A stretch of 64,000 bases of DNA, from assembly GCA_030699125.1 (NCBI GenBank), contig JAUYKM010000007.1, positions 5,082 to 69,081 on the forward strand, given 5' to 3'. Source of the DNA: Candidatus Daviesbacteria bacterium. GTDB lineage: Bacteria; Patescibacteriota; Microgenomatia; Daviesbacterales; UBA10151. This document shows positions 61,101-64,000 of this stretch, in pieces. Positions within the stretch are counted from its first letter, which is position 1. Each line of letters begins with the position of its first letter. Position numbers and translations under genes: made by a program. The notes below the pieces were generated by a model. That model was given only the letters and a program-made list of their open reading frames with translations. It had not been told where the DNA came from and ran no database searches.

Positions 61101-64000
61101 AAGACACCAAGACCACTATTCCCCAAATCAGCCCCACCCACCTCAATAGGTGAGGAGGGATTGGATATATCATAAATCCTGAATTCGTTACCTGCTGTAT
61201 CATTATTTACCATATATGCATACCTGCCTGAGACAAAGACATCCCAACTACTAGCCCCCAAATCAGCTCCTCTCACAAAAGTGGGACTGGTTGGATTAGA
61301 CACATCATAGATTTTAAACTCACAGCCGGTATCATCAGTGGATGAACAAGTACCAGTATCTGCACTCTTGACCACATAAGCATACCTGCCTGAGATAAAG
61401 ACATTATTGTTAGCATCAGCCCCGCTATCAGAAGCCCCTCCCACAAAGGTAGGATTTTGGGGGGTTTGGAGTAGGGAGCCACCAAGGATATCTAAAGCAC
61501 TTCTGGGGGCTGTAGTTCCTACTCCTACATTTCCAGTACTGGTTACTACAAATGGTAGGGGATTAGTTAATTGGGTTCCAACATAGGTGGGGTTTATCTG
61601 GAATAGTTGGGATGGGGAAGTCCAACCTATTCCTATATTTCCATTTAAGAAAATGGCAGAGGTGGTGCCTGAGCCCCAAAGATGGAATGGTGCTATGGGA
61701 CTGCTGGTCCCCAAGCCTACATTACCTTCCACAATTAATCCATTAGCAGGAGCATTATAATAGGCAAAGGATGATCCTATACCCATAGATCCAAATACCC
61801 CAAGGGTGTTGGCTGAGGCAGAAGATCCAATTCCTAACCTCATTAATTCATTATTCCAGTAGAATGAGTTAGCTCCTGTAACCTGGGTACCGCCACCGTC
61901 CCAAAATGTGACCTGTCCTGAAGATCCTGAACCTGTTACTCCTGCTCCTCCGGCATCAGCCTGACAGACTATTCTGCCTGCGCTGTCAGCTGTCAGCTTA
62001 CCCCCACCGGTTAATCCTGAACAATCATAACTTTGCAGCTGCAAAGCTGATCCTACTGTTAATGATTGTCCTATACCTACATTACCTACTACATGCAGTC
62101 CATATGTTGGGGTGGTGGTGCCAATACCCACATTCCCAAAGACAGATAACCCTAGTCCAGGCATACTAGCAAAAGTATATCCTGTCCAACCAATTCCTAC
62201 ATTACCTCCTACAAACAAAGTAGATCCAGGAGTAGAAGCACCTATCCCTAAATTAATACCTACATTCCCCCCATTAAATATAGCAGCAGGAGCAGTATAA
62301 CCTGTACCTACTCCTAACATTTCTACATATAAACCTACAGTTCCTGAAGATACTCCTATCCCTACCATTCCTTGAGACATTAATCCTCCCGGCCCTATTC
62401 CCAACCCTCCACCTACTGTGAGCTGGTTTGATATTATTGCTGACTCTCTTACTTGTAACCCCCCAGCTTCTAAACTCCCAATAATAGCAGAAGTAACATC
62501 TATCCCACCAATATCATAAATCTGAAACTCACAACCTACATTAATTCTTGATGAACATGTATCACTGTTGGAAACTTTTCCTAAATATATATATCTTCCA
62601 GAGACAAATATCTCATCAGTATTACCCCCTGCATCATTACCACCATTATCAGCCCCACCAGCATATAATGGATTATTAGGATTGGAAACATCATATACTT
62701 GTAATTCACATCCATCATTGCCTGCAGCACTGTTTAAGAAATTACAAGTTCCATTATCAGAATTCCTCCCTAAATATGTATATCTACCAGAGACAAAAAC
62801 AGAATTAATAGCACCATTACCAGCAGAAATAGTAGAAGCTTGTGCTGGAGAATATGGGTTAGAGATATCATAAATTCTTAATGTATCACCAGTATCTCCT
62901 AAATATGTATATCTACCAGAGACAAAAACAGAATTAATAGCAGAACCAACAGCAGTACTGCTCAATTGTAAAGGTGAAGTTGGATTAGAGACATCATATA
63001 TTCTAAAGTTGCCATTACCATCTCCTATATAAGCAAACTTACCTGCAATAAAGACAGAGGTAATACTGCCTCCTGAAGTGTCAGCTCCTCCTACAAATCT
63101 GGTACTAGTTGGGTTTGAAATATCATATATTTGTAACTCACAACCAGTATTGGTAGTAGAACTACAAGTACCAGATACACCAGTGACTCCAGCATAAGCA
63201 TATTTTCCCGAGACAAAAACGGAAATAACAGAATTATTAGACGTATCTGCCCCACCTACAAATAATGGAGAAGCTGGGTTTGAAATATCATATATTTGTA
63301 ACTCACAACCAGTATTAGTGGTAGATGAACAAACTCCAGATCCACCATTAACTCCCACATAAGCATACTTTCCTGATACAAAGACAGTATCGAAACCGCT
63401 GCCAGCAGAGAGAGTACCTATTTGGCTAGGTGAGGAAGGATTGGTAACATCATATATTCTAAATGTTCCACCATTATCTCCAGTATAGGCATACTTTCCA
63501 AATATAAAGACTGCTCTGGTACCATTATCCCCATCGCTAATTCCTCCTACAAAAATAGGATTTTGGGGGGTCTGTAACAAACTACCTCCTAATATATCAA
63601 GAGCACTTCTAGGAGCAGTAGTTCCAACTCCTACATTTCCTGTACTGGTTACTACAAATGGTAAAGGATTAGTTAACTGAGTTCCTACATATGTCGGGTT
63701 AATCTGGAATAGCTGAGATGGTGAAGTCCAGCCTATACCTATATTGCCATTTAGAAATACTGCACCCGGAGTTTCATTAGAAGCAAAGCCTGCTCCCCAA
63801 AGATGGAATGGGGCAATGGGGGAGGAAGTCCCCAACCCCACATTTCCCTCCACAATCAGTCCATTCTCAGGAGCATTATAATAGGCAAAAGAAGCACCAA
63901 TACCAACAGCTCCAAAGACCCCTAATCTGTTAGCCGAGGCAGAAGAACCTATACCCAACCTCATTAATTCATTGTTCCAGAAGAGAGTATTAGCTCCGGT
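55127..64000 (-). CDS. Giant paralogous LVIVD/GNVGIG repeat protein, 5' end outside the window
   Basis: Frame stays open to 64000 (TGANTLFWNNELM..); three propeller units and two G2-like domains visible; ATGA overlap with the next gene. Confidence 0.9.
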   Translation of the reverse strand, partial: TGANTLFWNNELMRLGIGSSASANRLGVFGAVGIGASFAYYNAPENGLIVEGNVGLGTSSPIAPFHLWGAGFASNETPGAVFLNGNIGIGWTSPSQLFQINPTYVGTQLTNPLPFVVTSTGNVGVGTTAPRSALDILGGSLLQTPQNPIFVGGISDGDNGTRAVFIFGKYAYTGDNGGTFRIYDVTNPSSPSQIGTLSAGSGFDTVFVSGKYAYVGVNGGSGVCSSTTNTGCELQIYDISNPASPLFVGGADTSNNSVISVFVSGKYAYAGVTGVSGTCSSTTNTGCELQIYDISNPTSTRFVGGADTSGGSITSVFIAGKFAYIGDGNGNFRIYDVSNPTSPLQLSSTAVGSAINSVFVSGRYTYLGDTGDTLRIYDISNPYSPAQASTISAGNGAINSVFVSGRYTYLGRNSDNGTCNFLNSAAGNDGCELQVYDVSNPNNPLYAGGADNGGNDAGGNTDEIFVSGRYIYLGKVSNSDTCSSRINVGCEFQIYDIGGIDVTSAIIGSLEAGGLQVRESAIISNQLTVGGGLGIGPGGLMSQGMVGIGVSSGTVGLYVEMLGVGTGYTAPAAIFNGGNVGINLGIGASTPGSTLFVGGNVGIGWTGYTFASMPGLGLSVFGNVGIGTTTPTYGLHVVGNVGIGQSLTVGSALQLQSYDCSGLTGGGKLTADSAGRIVCQADAGGAGVTGSGSSGQVTFWDGGGTQVTGANSFYWNNELMRLGIGSSASANTLGVFGSMGIGSSFAYYNAPANGLIVEGNVGLGTSSPIAPFHLWGSGTTSAIFLNGNIGIGWTSPSQLFQINPTYVGTQLTNPLPFVVTSTGNVGVGTTAPRSALDILGGSLLQTPQNPTFVGGASDSGADANNNVFISGRYAYVVKSADTGTCSSTDDTGCEFKIYDVSNPTSPTFVRGADLGASSWDVFVSGRYAYMVNNDTAGNEFRIYDISNPSSPIEVGGADLGNSGLGVFVSGRYAYVVHGSVTGNEFRIYDISNPSSPIEVGGADLGNGGWGVFVSGRYAYVVTGTVTGNEFRIYDISNPSSPIEVGGVELGNFSRDVFVSGRYAYVVLDNDAGNEFRIYDISNPSSPTLVGGVELGTNGWGVFVSGRYAYVVTGTVTGNEFRIYDISNPSSPALVGGADLGDDGNEVFVSGRYAYMVKAANAGTCNAGTNVGCEFQIYDIGGIDVTSALIGSLESGSLQVRESAIISNQLTVGGGLGVGPGGLLSQGMVGIGVSSGTTGLYVEMLGVGTGYTAPAAIFNGGNVGINLGIGASTPGATLVVGGNVGIGWTGFTFASMPGLGLSVFGNVGIGTTTANYALDVVGNVGIGQSLTVGSALQLQNYNCSGLGGGGKLTTDSSGRVVCAADAGGGGVTGSGSSGQVTFFDGASSVTGANTLFWNNALMRLGVGSSASANRLGVFGSMGIGSSFAYYNAPTNGLIVEGNVGLGTSSPIASFHLSGSAIFQNGNIGIGWTSPSQLFQINPTYVGTQLTNPLPFTVTSQGNVGVGTTAPRSALDILGGSLLQTPQNPTFVGGLNTGNGMNSVFASGKYVYAGDGATLKIFDVTNPNSPVQISSISTTSTAQSVFISGKFAYVGTNSNAGTCSSTTSTGCELQIYDVSNPANPIFVGGADNGGNSTSVFVSGRYAYTVENGGVLRIYDISNPSRPLYIGGSSMNALTVNSIFVSGRYAYIARCFSGLPELCDDGEMGIYDISNPTNPILIGKTIIGYTSDTNSIFVSGRYAYVGDSGGTLRIIDVSNPYSPTQSSTITTGDAIQSVFVSGKYLYLGKVANAGVCNFFTSTGCEIQVYDISNPNNPLYVGGADNGGNNVGADKAIFVSGRYLYSGKAANSNTCNAINSEGCEFQIYDIGGIDVTSALIGSLEAGGLQVRENAFINNQLTVGGGLGIGPGGLYSQGMVGIGVSSGTVGLRVEMLGVGTGYTAPAAIFNGGNVGINLGIGASTPGSTLFVGGNVGIGWTANTFASMPGLGLSVFGNVGIGTTSPAYGLHVVGNVGIGQSLTVGSALQLSSYNCGVLTNGGKLTTDSSGRVVCQADAGGAGGITGTGTATQVAVWDGASSITGYSTFQYDSTNLVLEIGDTGTTPDSLDVDGEFTIGSTGTVASAGRIWTRSNGTTFRFNSDATTADYSEYIKQEDASEPGDVMILTPGTPGVGTDSPGVVRRSNSSYDENIIGVITTRGTSYNNPDDNRQSDPTYANVGMLGQVWVKVNLENGPIYTGDPLTSSSTQGEAMKATKTGRIIGRAMENYTSEVDPDSFEVSSTGAPPGQILIQVNVTWWEAEQFIERLDSGLLYLDGNLAIGGSPPGTEVSLAVEGSILATSNILSLGNVGIGTTNPLYGLDIIKDASSSASASIINLSQADNPDTSALKLGLGTPISGTSSNFIDFYAAVATPGAGPDSPGVRVGRIRLNDNKVAYESVGADFAEYFDALEETEDGDLVSLTMSHSGVAKSSIPYDQNLIGVVSHDAAFVGNADYTPGVGPLVPSEVEGDSPGVNKAIVGLLGQIKTKVSTINGDIKRGDYLTSSEIPGVAAKATRPGQVIGQALEDFSANTPGVGPLVPSEVEGDSPGVKQGLISVHVKSGFADPGNFFSSLTMDNEGNLIIPKLKVASLTIDSRGIEDSNLKIEDSRLITDSSSPSSTLDPQNTTIYSPSSTVQYYDLSGKIASLEERIAQLENTLDQNVIPADAGIQLTNSDNSNSDSLLDPLLQEDDNTATSSAALAQVNESSSSSILAQLDQLDLSPPDILLASGSATLTADLTVTSSAQILGSLTAYDAIIQNSLKSFGQTTLGDTLIAGNLTIDGTLSFSENTIDALSTLYLQKSLLSSSVDIFNGKITLEKDGTIKAKTIIVDQIKVNPDTSRGEGTILKGQINTLIENSYAAEDSIILITPVTADIALTQSLAVIDKKEGKFTVQLARPETFDITFDYLIVGIDKSTIQASGP
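60541..61270 (-). repeat. 135-nt (45-aa) tandem coding repeat
   Basis: Identical 46-nt core at 60609, 60744, 60879, 61014 and 61149. Confidence 0.95.

Noticed and set aside
60541-61270. CRISPR-like array
   Set aside because: The period is exactly 45 codons within an open frame, and the intervening sequences are homologous to each other
43902-62873. Plus-strand Pro/Thr-rich ORFs within the giant genes
   Set aside because: Antisense shadows of the Gly/Val-rich repeats
43716-64000. Prophage tail region
   Set aside because: Fibre- and chaperone-like motifs are present, but no capsid, terminase, portal or integrase genes are in the window

Overview
AT-rich bacterial chromosome segment, genetic code 11. 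Gene content, intron-bearing rRNA and dense small palindromic repeats are consistent with a Patescibacteria/CPR (Microgenomates-like) genome; this is an inference. In order: tRNA-Ile; pgk-gap; two Phd/RelE toxin-antitoxin (TA) units; a cohesin/dockerin pair; a tRNA-Ala-23S-5S unit with its own promoter and no adjacent 16S; an S1-domain gene and radA; a ~15 kb glycosylation island with a PIN TA; a PIN/TRAM gene; surface proteins; rho; a pseudopilin; M23 and beta-lactamase-fold proteins; two more tRNA-Ala; and two tandem giant paralogues (3804 aa and >2957 aa, the second running off the window). The 23S carries three group I introns (E. coli sites 1931 with a LAGLIDADG gene, 2500, and 2656 in the sarcin-ricin loop). 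Best leads: (1) two TA cassettes each sit between synonymously recoded duplicates of a host gene end (gap 3' end; GT4 5' end), with no integrase in the window; (2) the giant proteins are modular, with a Cys1-less N-terminal Hint domain, variable LVIVD propeller cassettes, and one propeller whose loops vary almost only at NNT codons; (3) the intron in the sarcin-ricin loop; (4) several hairpin elements inserted in frame in proteins, one shared by Rho and the giant proteins; (5) a convergent small-ORF/sRNA pair with complementary hairpin loops. All family calls come from motif recognition by eye; no searches were run.
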